This document shows, in pieces, positions 36,599 to 44,916 of a stretch of 64,000 bases of DNA (its first letter is position 1; each line of letters begins with the position of its first letter). This DNA comes from Patescibacteria group bacterium (lineage in GTDB: Bacteria > Patescibacteriota > Minisyncoccia > Phycocordibacterales > PALSA-1337): assembly GCA_038064415.1 (NCBI GenBank), contig JBBTTD010000005.1, forward strand, positions 2,149-66,148, given 5' to 3'. The notes under the pieces were generated by a model. The model had not been told where the DNA came from. It made no database searches and worked only from the letters and a program-made list of their open reading frames with translations. Both the position numbers and the translations under genes were made by a program.

Positions 36599-37435
36599 AT
36601 GACCAAGTTTGACGAAATCTACCAAAACCTTGTGAAAGAAATAATGACAAATGGAATCGTTGAATTTAGCGAACGAACTGGTTATGAAACAAAAGCAATT
36701 CCCGGATTACATTTCAGCATAGATATTGAAAAAGATGGTTTTCCACTTCTCACCCTTCGAAAAATTCCTATAAAAATGTTTGTAGCGGAACAAATCTGGT
36801 TTATCTCCGGCACACGCAAGCCCGAAATATTTCTGCGAGACTATACGAAGATTTGGGACTTATTTACCAATCCCGGCGATGTTGTAACCGTGGCCTATGG
36901 ATACCGCTGGAGAAAGCATTTTGGACGCGATCAATTGGCTCTACTTATAGATTTATTGCAAAAAGAGTCCAGCTCACGCCACGGCGTAATAGTCACCTGG
37001 GATCCCGCCCAAGACGGACTTTCGTTGGTCAAAAAGAAGAATGTGCCATGTCCATATACATTTACCGTAAATATCATCGGCGGACGACTTCATTTACACA
37101 ATATTATTCGCTCAAATGATGTCATACTTGGAACTCCCGGCGATGTGGCTGGATTCGCGTTACTTCAATGTATCTTGGCGCAAAAACTCGGAGTAAAACC
37201 GGGGATATATTCTCATTCAATATCAAACGCGCATATTTATAGCAACCACTATCATGGCGCCGAAGAAATAATTAAAAGAAAAAATGATCACCCGACAATT
37301 AGACTGGAATTGCCACCCAAAGCTTTTGAGAAATCAGAAAAAATGGATAAAGGATTAACTGATGCTATAATAGATAATCTGGCAAAACAGTACAATCCGA
37401 TGGAAGCAATTACTGGATTAAAAATCGCTCTGTAA
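36599..37435 (+). CDS. thyA: Thymidylate synthase ThyA family (divergent)
   Basis: 278 aa. ThyA-like fold with catalytic Cys in VPCPYTFTV, conserved RSND and dUMP-binding residues. Divergence leaves open a dUMP/dCMP hydroxymethylase-like activity. Confidence 0.75.
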   Translation: MTKFDEIYQNLVKEIMTNGIVEFSERTGYETKAIPGLHFSIDIEKDGFPLLTLRKIPIKMFVAEQIWFISGTRKPEIFLRDYTKIWDLFTNPGDVVTVAYGYRWRKHFGRDQLALLIDLLQKESSSRHGVIVTWDPAQDGLSLVKKKNVPCPYTFTVNIIGGRLHLHNIIRSNDVILGTPGDVAGFALLQCILAQKLGVKPGIYSHSISNAHIYSNHYHGAEEIIKRKNDHPTIRLELPPKAFEKSEKMDKGLTDAIIDNLAKQYNPMEAITGLKIAL

Positions 37436-37456
37436 TTATTTTCTAACGATTCATTT

Positions 37457-38101
37457 TTGAATCTTAACTCAATGGCAATCATTACTAAACAGCAAATCAT
37501 AGAGAAAATAAATTCTGGGTCACTTTTGTTTAAACCAAATCTTGATCAGTTCCAACTTCAAGAACACTCTGTTGATTTGCGACTTGGTTTTACTTTCATG
37601 ATTCCAAAAATGTGGCATATGACCCCGAAAGGGCGCGAATCTCTTGATGTTACTCATTTTGACAAGCGTAATCACGAGTATTTTGAGGTTATAGAGCTTG
37701 AACAAGGACAGTATTTTGACCTCTTACCGCAAGAATATATCTTAGTCTCAACTTTAGAATCAATAAAAATGCCTGTTGATTTGATGGGGGTTTTATATCC
37801 ACGATCTTCAACCAATCGTAAAGGGTTGTCATTGGATTTGACTGGAATCATAGACGCGGGATACGAGGGTCAGCTTGTCTTGCCTATACGAAACAACACC
37901 CGCTCGCAAGCAGTCCGGCTTTATCCAGGCGAACGGCTTTGCCAAGTTGTTTTTGAAGAATTGAAAAACGCGGTTACGCCAAGACCGAGTAAGTATCACC
38001 AAAAAGACATCATTGAGGGAGTTCAGACTGAAAAAAAGACCGAGGTTGAATTGATCACTTCTGGAGATATTAAAAAACTCAAAGAAGATTACAAAATATG
38101 A
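37457..38101 (+). CDS. dcd: dCTP deaminase
   Basis: IDAGYEGQLVLPIRN...GERLCQVVF matches the Dcd/dUTPase-like signature. Confidence 0.85.
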   Translation: MNLNSMAIITKQQIIEKINSGSLLFKPNLDQFQLQEHSVDLRLGFTFMIPKMWHMTPKGRESLDVTHFDKRNHEYFEVIELEQGQYFDLLPQEYILVSTLESIKMPVDLMGVLYPRSSTNRKGLSLDLTGIIDAGYEGQLVLPIRNNTRSQAVRLYPGERLCQVVFEELKNAVTPRPSKYHQKDIIEGVQTEKKTEVELITSGDIKKLKEDYKI

Positions 38102-38610
38102 TCAAGTGTTTTATCATTGCCGCGATGACCGCCGACGGCTATATCGCCAAAGAGGTTAAACATGCCGCTTTTTGGACCAGCAAGGAAGACAAAAAACGGT
38201 TTATTGAACTAACCAAACGCGCTGGAGTAGTAATTATGGGATTGAATACTTTTCAAACACTCCCTCGTCCACTCAACGAACGCAGAAATATCGTATACTC
38301 TCCGGAAAAAATAGAAGGTATTGAAACAACCGCAAAAGAACCGAAAGAATTGTTTAAAGAACTTGAAAATCAAGGCGTCAAAGAGGTCGCGATCTGCGGC
38401 GGATCGCAAATCTACACGATGTTCATGAAAGCGGGAGTTGTTGATAGATTATATTTGACTATTGAACCGTTAGTTTTCGGAAATGGTCTTCGTCTTTTTA
38501 AAGAAGAGCTACACTACCACTTAGAATTAAAAAGTGCCGTACAAGCTGAAAGTGGCGCTTTGCTGCTGGAGTACAAAGTTGATTATTCTGGAAAACCAAA
38601 ACTGAATTAA
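38098..38610 (+). CDS. Dihydrofolate reductase-like protein (FolA/RibD-C family)
   Basis: 170 aa. IAAMTADGYIA...VVIMGLNTFQTLPRPLNERRNIVYS pattern of the DHFR fold. Overlaps the dcd stop by 4 nt. Confidence 0.65.
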   Translation: MIKCFIIAAMTADGYIAKEVKHAAFWTSKEDKKRFIELTKRAGVVIMGLNTFQTLPRPLNERRNIVYSPEKIEGIETTAKEPKELFKELENQGVKEVAICGGSQIYTMFMKAGVVDRLYLTIEPLVFGNGLRLFKEELHYHLELKSAVQAESGALLLEYKVDYSGKPKLN

Positions 38611-38694
38611 GATACAATCAAAGTAATTAAAAGTTTGATGTAACCAAAAAGAGGCCTCCGTCTCATTTTTTCTATATTCTAAAATCTAATTGCC

Positions 38695-39117
38695 TTATTT
38701 AACTTCAACACCCATCTGTCTGGCGGTACCGGCGATAATCTTCATGGCCGCGTCAATATCGTTCGCGTTGAGATCTTGCATCTTCTTTGCGGCAATTTCT
38801 TTGATTTGGGCTTTGGTGATAGTACCGACTTTGCTGGTATTTGGTTTGCCAGAACCTTTTTCTTTGCCAATTGCTTTCAAAATTAAACTAGACGCTGGAG
38901 GGGTCTTTAAAACAAAACTGTATGTTCGGTCTTCGTAGACGCTAATAACCACTGGGATCATATCACCCATCATGCCTTTGGTGGCTTCATTGAACTTCTT
39001 GGTAAAATCACCAATATTAACACCTGCTTGACCCAAAGTCGGACCAAGTGGGGGTGCTGGAGTAGCTTTGCCCGCGGGAGCGATGACTTTTACTTTTTTT
39101 ACGACCTTTTTTGCCAT
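38695..39117 (-). CDS. rplK: 50S ribosomal protein L11
   Basis: 140 aa. [14 protein letters not shown] and the L11 C-terminal domain. Confidence 0.93.
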   Translation of the reverse strand: MAKKVVKKVKVIAPAGKATPAPPLGPTLGQAGVNIGDFTKKFNEATKGMMGDMIPVVISVYEDRTYSFVLKTPPASSLILKAIGKEKGSGKPNTSKVGTITKAQIKEIAAKKMQDLNANDIDAAMKIIAGTARQMGVEVK

Positions 39118-39162
39118 AGTGATGTGGATACTACATTAATAAACTAATTATCACAAGCCCTA

Positions 39163-39708
39163 TTAAACCTTCTTTACTTGCAAAAAATCTAGCTCCACAG
39201 GCGTCTCGCGTCCAAACATTGAAACCAAAACTTTGACCTTGCCTCGCTGGGTATCAACTTCTGAAACTTTTCCTTCAAAATCTTTGAACGGACCGTCAGC
39301 GACCTTGATCAAATCTCCCGTGGATAAATCAATAGAATGTTGAGTATTACTCTGTTGCATTCGTGAAAATAGAGTCTCAACTTCCTTGGGATCAAGAGGC
39401 ACGGGTGAAACTCCCGCGCCGACAAATCCCGTTACGCGTGGAGTATTTCTAACCACATACCAAGAATCATCAGTTACAATCATGTCCACTAAAACATAAC
39501 CAGGGTAAATCTTCTCCTCTTCTTCAACGCGTTTTCCACCTTTGACTTTAATCTTCTTTTCTGTCGGAACAATCACGGCAAAAATCTTGTCCTCCATGCC
39601 GAGAGATTCAATACGCTGTTTTAGGTTACGGGCAACGGCATTTTCATATCCCGCATAGGTATGAATAGCATACCAAGCGCGTTCCCCTGTTGTGTGTTGT
39701 TTTGACAT
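39163..39708 (-). CDS. nusG: Transcription termination/antitermination factor NusG
   Basis: NGN domain WYAIHTYAGYENAV and KOW domain (GDLIKVADGPFKDFEGKV). Confidence 0.92.
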   Translation of the reverse strand: MSKQHTTGERAWYAIHTYAGYENAVARNLKQRIESLGMEDKIFAVIVPTEKKIKVKGGKRVEEEEKIYPGYVLVDMIVTDDSWYVVRNTPRVTGFVGAGVSPVPLDPKEVETLFSRMQQSNTQHSIDLSTGDLIKVADGPFKDFEGKVSEVDTQRGKVKVLVSMFGRETPVELDFLQVKKV

Positions 39709-39746
39709 ATGGTTAATCGTGAATCTGAATTATTTATTGGAATTAT

Positions 39747-39923
39747 TTAAAACAATAATGTAAGTAGTTTAGAAAAAACAAAATCTGACAAACCGAGTAA
39801 AGCCGCGACAAAAACTGAAACTAAAATAACTAAAAGTGTAAACCTCGTAGTCTGGGCGCGAGTCGGCCAGTTCACATGATTCATTTCCGCCTTTGTTTCT
39901 TTGACATATTCAGTGATTTTCAT
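39747..39923 (-). CDS. secE: Preprotein translocase subunit SecE
   Basis: 58-aa ORF, below the ORF-track cutoff: MKITEYVKETKAEMNHVNWPTRAQTTRFTLLVILVSVFVAALLGLSDFVFSKLLTLLF. Single TM; conserved position upstream of nusG. Confidence 0.7.
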   Translation of the reverse strand: MKITEYVKETKAEMNHVNWPTRAQTTRFTLLVILVSVFVAALLGLSDFVFSKLLTLLF

Positions 39924-39994
39924 AGTGTTGGTATTAAAAAACCCCTCTGGGGATTACCTGTGTATAGTATAGGATCGGGAATGTAAAGTCAAGA

Positions 39995-40025
39995 CAAAAA
40001 AGTGAAGGTCAGGCCTTCACTTTTT
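39995..40025. terminator. Bidirectional terminator AAAAAA-GTGAAGG-TCAGG-CCTTCAC-TTTTT (family 3 hairpin)
   Basis: 7-bp stem flanked by an A-run and a T-run, directly 3' of gene 40033-40827. Confidence 0.65.
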
Positions 40026-40032
40026 ATCTACT

Positions 40033-40827
40033 TTACCTTATCTCATAAGTAATTGAGACATTTGAAGTAATCTTTTGCTCACCTGTTGGAATTTCTGGAG
40101 CAACTGCTGGCGTTGTGGCAGAAGACTTCAGAAACATTGCATCTCCTCCCATCATCTCGCGACCATAGATTGGGTTATCACTAGAATCATAGAAACTGGT
40201 AATCCTAACAATTCTGACTCCAAGTTGTTTTGCTAATGCTTTAGCTTTTGATTGAGCATCGGTAATAGCTTTGGCGCGCGCGTCGGCCTTGACTTTTTCT
40301 ATGTCGTCAATAGAAAACGAAAGTCCATTTACATTTTGAACATCAAGAGAACCAATGGTACTGAAGATCGCTCCAGCTTTTGCCAAATCACGGACCTTAA
40401 CTTCAATTGATTGAGAGACATCATAACCTGTCAAAACGGATTTTCCTGGTGGACAATAATTCGTACTGCACACACTATCTTGATAGTCATAATGTGGATT
40501 TATTGAATAGGAAGTAGTTTTGATATCCTTATCGGCAACGCCAGAATCACGCACCGCCTTTAGAGCCGCGTTAATTTTGTCAGTTGATTTTGATTGTGCT
40601 TCAGCTACAGTCTTGGCAATTTCGGTAATACTGAATGAAAAAGTCGCCACATCTGGAATAGAAATCGCTTCACCCTTCCCATTAACTGAAATTGTATTGT
40701 AAATGGGATTGTCTTTGCCGACATATCCGATAGATTTTATTTCTTTGACGGAAATAACGGCTAGAAATATGGCTAAAATCACCCCAACCCACATACCAGT
40801 TTTCCACACTTTTTCTTGAATTGTCAT
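40033..40827 (-). CDS. SIMPL/DUF541-domain periplasmic protein (YggE-like)
   Basis: 264 aa. N-terminal TM/signal, sequence pattern of DUF541. Confidence 0.75.
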   Translation of the reverse strand: MTIQEKVWKTGMWVGVILAIFLAVISVKEIKSIGYVGKDNPIYNTISVNGKGEAISIPDVATFSFSITEIAKTVAEAQSKSTDKINAALKAVRDSGVADKDIKTTSYSINPHYDYQDSVCSTNYCPPGKSVLTGYDVSQSIEVKVRDLAKAGAIFSTIGSLDVQNVNGLSFSIDDIEKVKADARAKAITDAQSKAKALAKQLGVRIVRITSFYDSSDNPIYGREMMGGDAMFLKSSATTPAVAPEIPTGEQKITSNVSITYEIR

Positions 40828-40922
40828 GTTGTTAAAAAATAGTTAATAAAAATATATGTACATAATATCGCCTTTTACATATATGACGCAAGAGAAGTCC
40901 ACTACTTACATTTTCCGCAGGT

Positions 40923-41840
40923 CTACCCTGCGGAAGAAACATCAATTAAGTTCTCAAACAACGCAAAAACTGTCATTGGCCCTACTCCGCCGGGTACAGG
41001 TGTGATTGCGAAAACTATTTCTTTGACACCTTCAAAATCAACATCACCAACCAACTTCTTATTTTCTATTTCATCTTCTAGTTTTTCTCCATAAACGGTG
41101 TTGAGGCCTACATCAATAATAATTTGTCCAGCTTTTACATGATCAGCGCCTATCAATTTTGGTTTGCCAACGGCGACAATGATAATGTCTACCTTTTTTG
41201 TCTCTTTTGCCAGGGCTACAGTCTTACTATGACAAACAGTGACAACTGCTCCAGAATCTTTACACATAACTGCAATTGGTCTTCCAACCATATCAGACCG
41301 ACCAATGACTACAACTTTTTTACCAGACAGATTAATATCGTAATATTTGAGAAGCTCTTTCACGCCCCTAGCGGTTGCGGGTAAAATTGCGCCAGCTTTA
41401 TGATTACTCCACGCTTCAATCTGAAAAGCAGTCAGGCCATCCACATCTTTCTTTGGATCAATTGCGTCAATAATTGTTATCTTGTCTAAATGCTCTGAAA
41501 TTGGTAATTGAACAATTATTCCATTGACATTATTGTCATCATTGAATCCCTTTATAAGTTCAACCAATTTTTCTTGAGTGACATCTGATTGAACTTGAGT
41601 ATGCAAAACATCAACACCGATTTTTTCCGCAAAATTCTTTTTGGCACGAATATAAGAGGCAGAATCTTCACGGTCGCCAACTTGAATAATGGCTAAATTC
41701 GGTTTATTAGAGAGACTTTGAACTTTACTTATAAGTTCCTTTACTAGAGCTTCCCGAGCGATTTTTCCTGAAAGGAGTTTGGCGGACATAAAGAAAGCAT
41801 AACATATTTCTATTTTTGGCAAATTGTTATAAGTCATCAA
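40923..41840 (-). CDS. folD: Bifunctional methylenetetrahydrofolate dehydrogenase/cyclohydrolase
   Basis: FolD motifs (KxxxxxGxD, PGGVGPMTV). Probable true start at the internal Met near nt 41789 (MSAKLLSGK). Confidence 0.9.
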   Translation of the reverse strand: MMTYNNLPKIEICYAFFMSAKLLSGKIAREALVKELISKVQSLSNKPNLAIIQVGDREDSASYIRAKKNFAEKIGVDVLHTQVQSDVTQEKLVELIKGFNDDNNVNGIIVQLPISEHLDKITIIDAIDPKKDVDGLTAFQIEAWSNHKAGAILPATARGVKELLKYYDINLSGKKVVVIGRSDMVGRPIAVMCKDSGAVVTVCHSKTVALAKETKKVDIIIVAVGKPKLIGADHVKAGQIIIDVGLNTVYGEKLEDEIENKKLVGDVDFEGVKEIVFAITPVPGGVGPMTVFALFENLIDVSSAG

Positions 41841-41925
41841 TGTGACCTATCAATTTAACAGCCACCTCAATTGTATATGAAAATAGCGCAGAGACAAGCT
41901 CTGCGCTAAGTGAAGGGAACAAGGT

Positions 41926-42723
41926 TTAAGCTTTAGGCTTAACGGACATTGCCAGACGAGCAGCCATGAGCGAATGCGAATGAGCATGCTTGAGCCAGTA
42001 GAACCTGACCTCGCGGAAACCCGGATACGGACTCCAGCGGCCGCTGGCAACCCCGCCACCCGGAAGGCGGTTCTTGGGGAACCATGTCCATGTTTCCAGA
42101 TCAAGATAATCCTTGAAAGCGAAGTAGCGAAGGCCGAAAGCCAGTGCATACCCACGCAATTCCAAGTACGGCTTGCCGTCAGCATTGAGTTGGTTCGAAG
42201 ACTGACCATAAGTGCCTTCAGTCGGACGAATTGAGTTTTCAATGATCTGGAGCGTCGGTTGGCTGAATGCTTCAGACCGCTTATACTCCATAACATTGCT
42301 TTCTTCGTACACTGAAAGTCTTTGACTCTTGAGTGCCTTCTCAACCACTTGATGGTTGTCGAGGCCTGGGTCAAATGCCAACAGTACATCCTTCCACGGG
42401 AGTTCGGCGGGAAAATCAAACATCTCCCGCAAATTGGCCGTGACGCCGAGGAATTTTTTGGCGAAACGTTCTGTGACTGGAATTATTTCATCCAGATTGG
42501 TCTGCTTCGCTTTGAATGTTCGAGGAAACTCGAACACTGGAACTGGAGATGTTACGACTTGCGGCGTTGACTGTTCCACGAAAACGCTTTCAATCGCCTT
42601 CCAGTATGGATGGTCAGAGTTTCCGATGATGTTCTGCACATCACCATGTTCGGGGTTAAATGATTGGATCTTGGTGGCCGTACGACCAGCCAAAGCCATG
42701 ATAGTTTCAGGACTTGCTTTCAT
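41926..42723 (-). CDS. Hypothetical protein in a locally GC-rich segment (possible horizontally acquired gene)
   Basis: 265-aa ORF. The 41850-42850 segment is visibly GC-richer than its flanks and both strands carry long overlapping ORFs, so frame choice is uncertain. No recognised motif. Confidence 0.45.
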   Translation of the reverse strand: MKASPETIMALAGRTATKIQSFNPEHGDVQNIIGNSDHPYWKAIESVFVEQSTPQVVTSPVPVFEFPRTFKAKQTNLDEIIPVTERFAKKFLGVTANLREMFDFPAELPWKDVLLAFDPGLDNHQVVEKALKSQRLSVYEESNVMEYKRSEAFSQPTLQIIENSIRPTEGTYGQSSNQLNADGKPYLELRGYALAFGLRYFAFKDYLDLETWTWFPKNRLPGGGVASGRWSPYPGFREVRFYWLKHAHSHSLMAARLAMSVKPKA

Positions 42724-42857
42724 AGTTATAATCGCACATAGAGTGACCGTGTCATCCCGACAAGGGAGCTTATCAGTGTGTCAGAGAGCGATTCTGTGTG
42801 TATCCTATCATAATTACATATATAAGTCAATACCATGAAAAACCCCTATGCTATGGC

Positions 42858-43865
42858 TTATTTTGTAGACCACCTAGCAAAAATGCCCGCCGGCAACAGT
42901 CGCGCCTGCGTTCCTTCTTTATTTGTCTCTTTATCTTGTGATTCTTGACCCTTAGTTCCTGATTCCTGTATAACCAACTCCCCCATTTCAATCTCGCCGC
43001 CATATTTATTTTTCAATTCAAGTAAATTGTTTGCATAGGCGATCGCTGAATAGCCCGCTGAATATCCATTAACCAAGAAAAATGACGGTTTGTTTTTCAA
43101 TAATTTTTTACAATCTTCCATGAGTGACAGAAAATGTTCTTCAACCTTCCAAAGTTCATTCGTCGGACCATGGCCAAAAGCTGGTGGATCCATGATAATG
43201 CCGTCATATTTTCGTTCACGTTTGATTTCTCTTTCAACAAACACGCGCGCGTCTTCAACAATCCAACGGATCGGCGCGTCTTTGAGTCCTGAAATTTCCG
43301 CGTTTTCACGAGCCCAAGCAACCGCGGATTTTGAACTGTCTATGTGAACAACTTTAGCTCCAGCTTGCGCGCAAGCTAGCGTAGCGCCTCCCGTGTAGCC
43401 AAAGAGATTTAATACTTCGATGTCGCCATGTTGCGCACTCTCTCGGCGCGAAGAGTTCTCCCTTCGTTTCGCTTCGCTCAAGTCGGGAGAATCTGTCGCA
43501 CCTACGAGTGCGACTGACGATATGAGTTTCCTAAGCCACTCCCAATTTGGCAACTGTTCCGGAAACAAGCCAGTATGTTTAAATGCTGTGGGTTTGATCC
43601 AGAATTTTAAATCGCCAAAAGAGATCTGCCACTTAGCTAGCACATTCTTTTTGAGCGACCAGCTCCCCTCTTTTTCTCCACGAGTAAAATTACCATCAGA
43701 TTTTTTCCACTCTGAAGTTGACAATTTCTTCTCCCACAAAGCTTGAGGATCTGGTCGTGATAAAACTATCTTGCCAAATCGCTCCAATTTTTCCCCATCA
43801 CCAGAATCTAGAAGTTCATAGTCGGAAGAAGCGGCGGTTATGAGGATTTGAGAAATGTTAGACAT
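42858..43865 (-). CDS. Class I SAM-dependent rRNA methyltransferase, RlmI/RlmK-like (COG1092 family), with an in-frame GC-rich hairpin-element insertion
   Basis: VLNLFGYTGGATLACAQAGAKVVHIDSS...DGIIMDPPAFGHG...FFLVNGYS matches the YccW/RlmI MTase core. Nt ~43430-43516 form an ~87-nt GC-rich palindromic element encoding ...SPDLSEAKRRENSSRRESAQHGD... Confidence 0.78.
   Translation of the reverse strand: MSNISQILITAASSDYELLDSGDGEKLERFGKIVLSRPDPQALWEKKLSTSEWKKSDGNFTRGEKEGSWSLKKNVLAKWQISFGDLKFWIKPTAFKHTGLFPEQLPNWEWLRKLISSVALVGATDSPDLSEAKRRENSSRRESAQHGDIEVLNLFGYTGGATLACAQAGAKVVHIDSSKSAVAWARENAEISGLKDAPIRWIVEDARVFVEREIKRERKYDGIIMDPPAFGHGPTNELWKVEEHFLSLMEDCKKLLKNKPSFFLVNGYSAGYSAIAYANNLLELKNKYGGEIEMGELVIQESGTKGQESQDKETNKEGTQARLLPAGIFARWSTK
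43430..43516. repeat. GC-rich ~85-nt hairpin repeat element (family 4), copy A, inside the methyltransferase ORF
   Basis: Reverse complement aligns at roughly 85% with 50836-50915 (shared GCGACAG-TTCTCCC...GGGAGAA...CGCCGAGAG core). Confidence 0.6.
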
Positions 43866-43870
43866 ATTTT

Positions 43871-44134
43871 TTATTTTTTTCTATATACATCTTTGCGGTG
43901 ACCTATAGTGATAAAAATTGCTTTTGATTCAGCCTCAAAATAAAATAAGGCTCTATATGAGCTTGTTATACGCAATGAAAAAGTTCCAGAATCTCCCGCT
44001 AATTTTTTTAAATGTAATCTTGAATCTTTTTGATGCTTCCTAAATCTGATTTCTTGTTTCCGAAACAGATTTTGAATCTTGGTCGGAAGTCTCTTGAACT
44101 CACGATAAAATTCATCAGTAAATTTTATAGTCAT
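43871..44134 (-). CDS. Type II toxin, RelE/ParE (YafQ/RelE-like) family
   Basis: 87 aa. LHLKKLAGDSGTFSLRITSSYRALFYF...IGHRKDVY signature. 4-nt overlap with the upstream antitoxin ORF. Confidence 0.8.
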   Translation of the reverse strand: MTIKFTDEFYREFKRLPTKIQNLFRKQEIRFRKHQKDSRLHLKKLAGDSGTFSLRITSSYRALFYFEAESKAIFITIGHRKDVYRKK

Positions 44135-44361
44135 AGAGTATCATGAACTCGTCCGACCTTCATGTCTCTATAACCTCGACGAATAGACTGTTTTAAAGAA
44201 ATAGGATTCTCATATTCATTTATATATTCAAGAGGTATTGTATCTGAAAGTGTGGTTAACACATGTCTAGAAAGTTCAACCAACGAAAGCCCGTATCGAC
44301 TTGCAATATGTGCCAGACGAGTTTTCTCTTTTTTAGGAAGTGTAATCGTAAGTGTAGTCAT
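44131..44361 (-). CDS. Type II antitoxin (RHH-like)
   Basis: 76 aa. Overlaps the toxin start (ATGA overlap). Confidence 0.6.
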   Translation of the reverse strand: MTTLTITLPKKEKTRLAHIASRYGLSLVELSRHVLTTLSDTIPLEYINEYENPISLKQSIRRGYRDMKVGRVHDTL

Positions 44362-44430
44362 GTGAACATACTACCACTAAAAAAGGCAAAATCAAGTTAG
44401 TATTCAATGATCAAAAAGTATTTGCATTGA

Positions 44431-44916
44431 TCATTGTATCATTGATATTTGATCATTAACTTTATATTTCTTAAACACCACACACGCCGTCACAAACAAA
44501 ATCGTAGAAGTCATTACTGATCCAAGACAATACACGCAATATGATTTGATAATAAAAACTTGAAGAAAGACAAACCAAAGAGACGCTAGAATTCCAAAAA
44601 CAGTAAATAACATAGCCCATTTTAGAATTTCTGTTTTCTTGGTATCCAGATATGCAAAAGCTCCGACTAGAATAATAAAATAGTAGATCGCTCCTAAAAG
44701 TGAAACGGGGATGCCAATTATTGAAGCATAAACACTTGTCAGAACCAGTTCACATCCACCAATAATTGAACAGGGAGGAATAACTCCTTGATAATGTTCA
44801 ATCACAAGATAGGTAGAATCGGCAAAGCCAATCAATGCAATAATAAGTACGAATATTACTAGACTATTTGGCACCGCCCGAAGCGGTCGCGTCAATAAGT
44901 GCTTTAAATTGTTCAT
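44431..44916 (-). CDS. Vitamin K epoxide reductase (VKOR) family protein
   Basis: 161 aa, 4 TM, CxxC active site PPCSIIGGCEL and C-terminal CVYC. Overlaps the DsbA ORF by 53 nt. Confidence 0.8.
   Translation of the reverse strand: MNNLKHLLTRPLRAVPNSLVIFVLIIALIGFADSTYLVIEHYQGVIPPCSIIGGCELVLTSVYASIIGIPVSLLGAIYYFIILVGAFAYLDTKKTEILKWAMLFTVFGILASLWFVFLQVFIIKSYCVYCLGSVMTSTILFVTACVVFKKYKVNDQISMIQ

Noticed and set aside
41850-42419. 189-aa minus-strand ORF overlapping the 265-aa ORF in another frame
   Set aside because: Arises from the high GC of this block. It is rich in Arg/Ser/Leu, as expected from GC-rich out-of-frame translation. The longer 41926-42723 frame is preferred, but even that is uncertain.
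41926-43865. Restriction-modification system (unknown GC-rich protein plus methyltransferase)
   Set aside because: The methyltransferase core matches the RlmI/RlmK rRNA-methyltransferase family (VLNxFxYTGG...DPPxF), not DNA N6A/N4C/5mC MTases. The neighbour has no recognisable PD-(D/E)xK or HNH motif.
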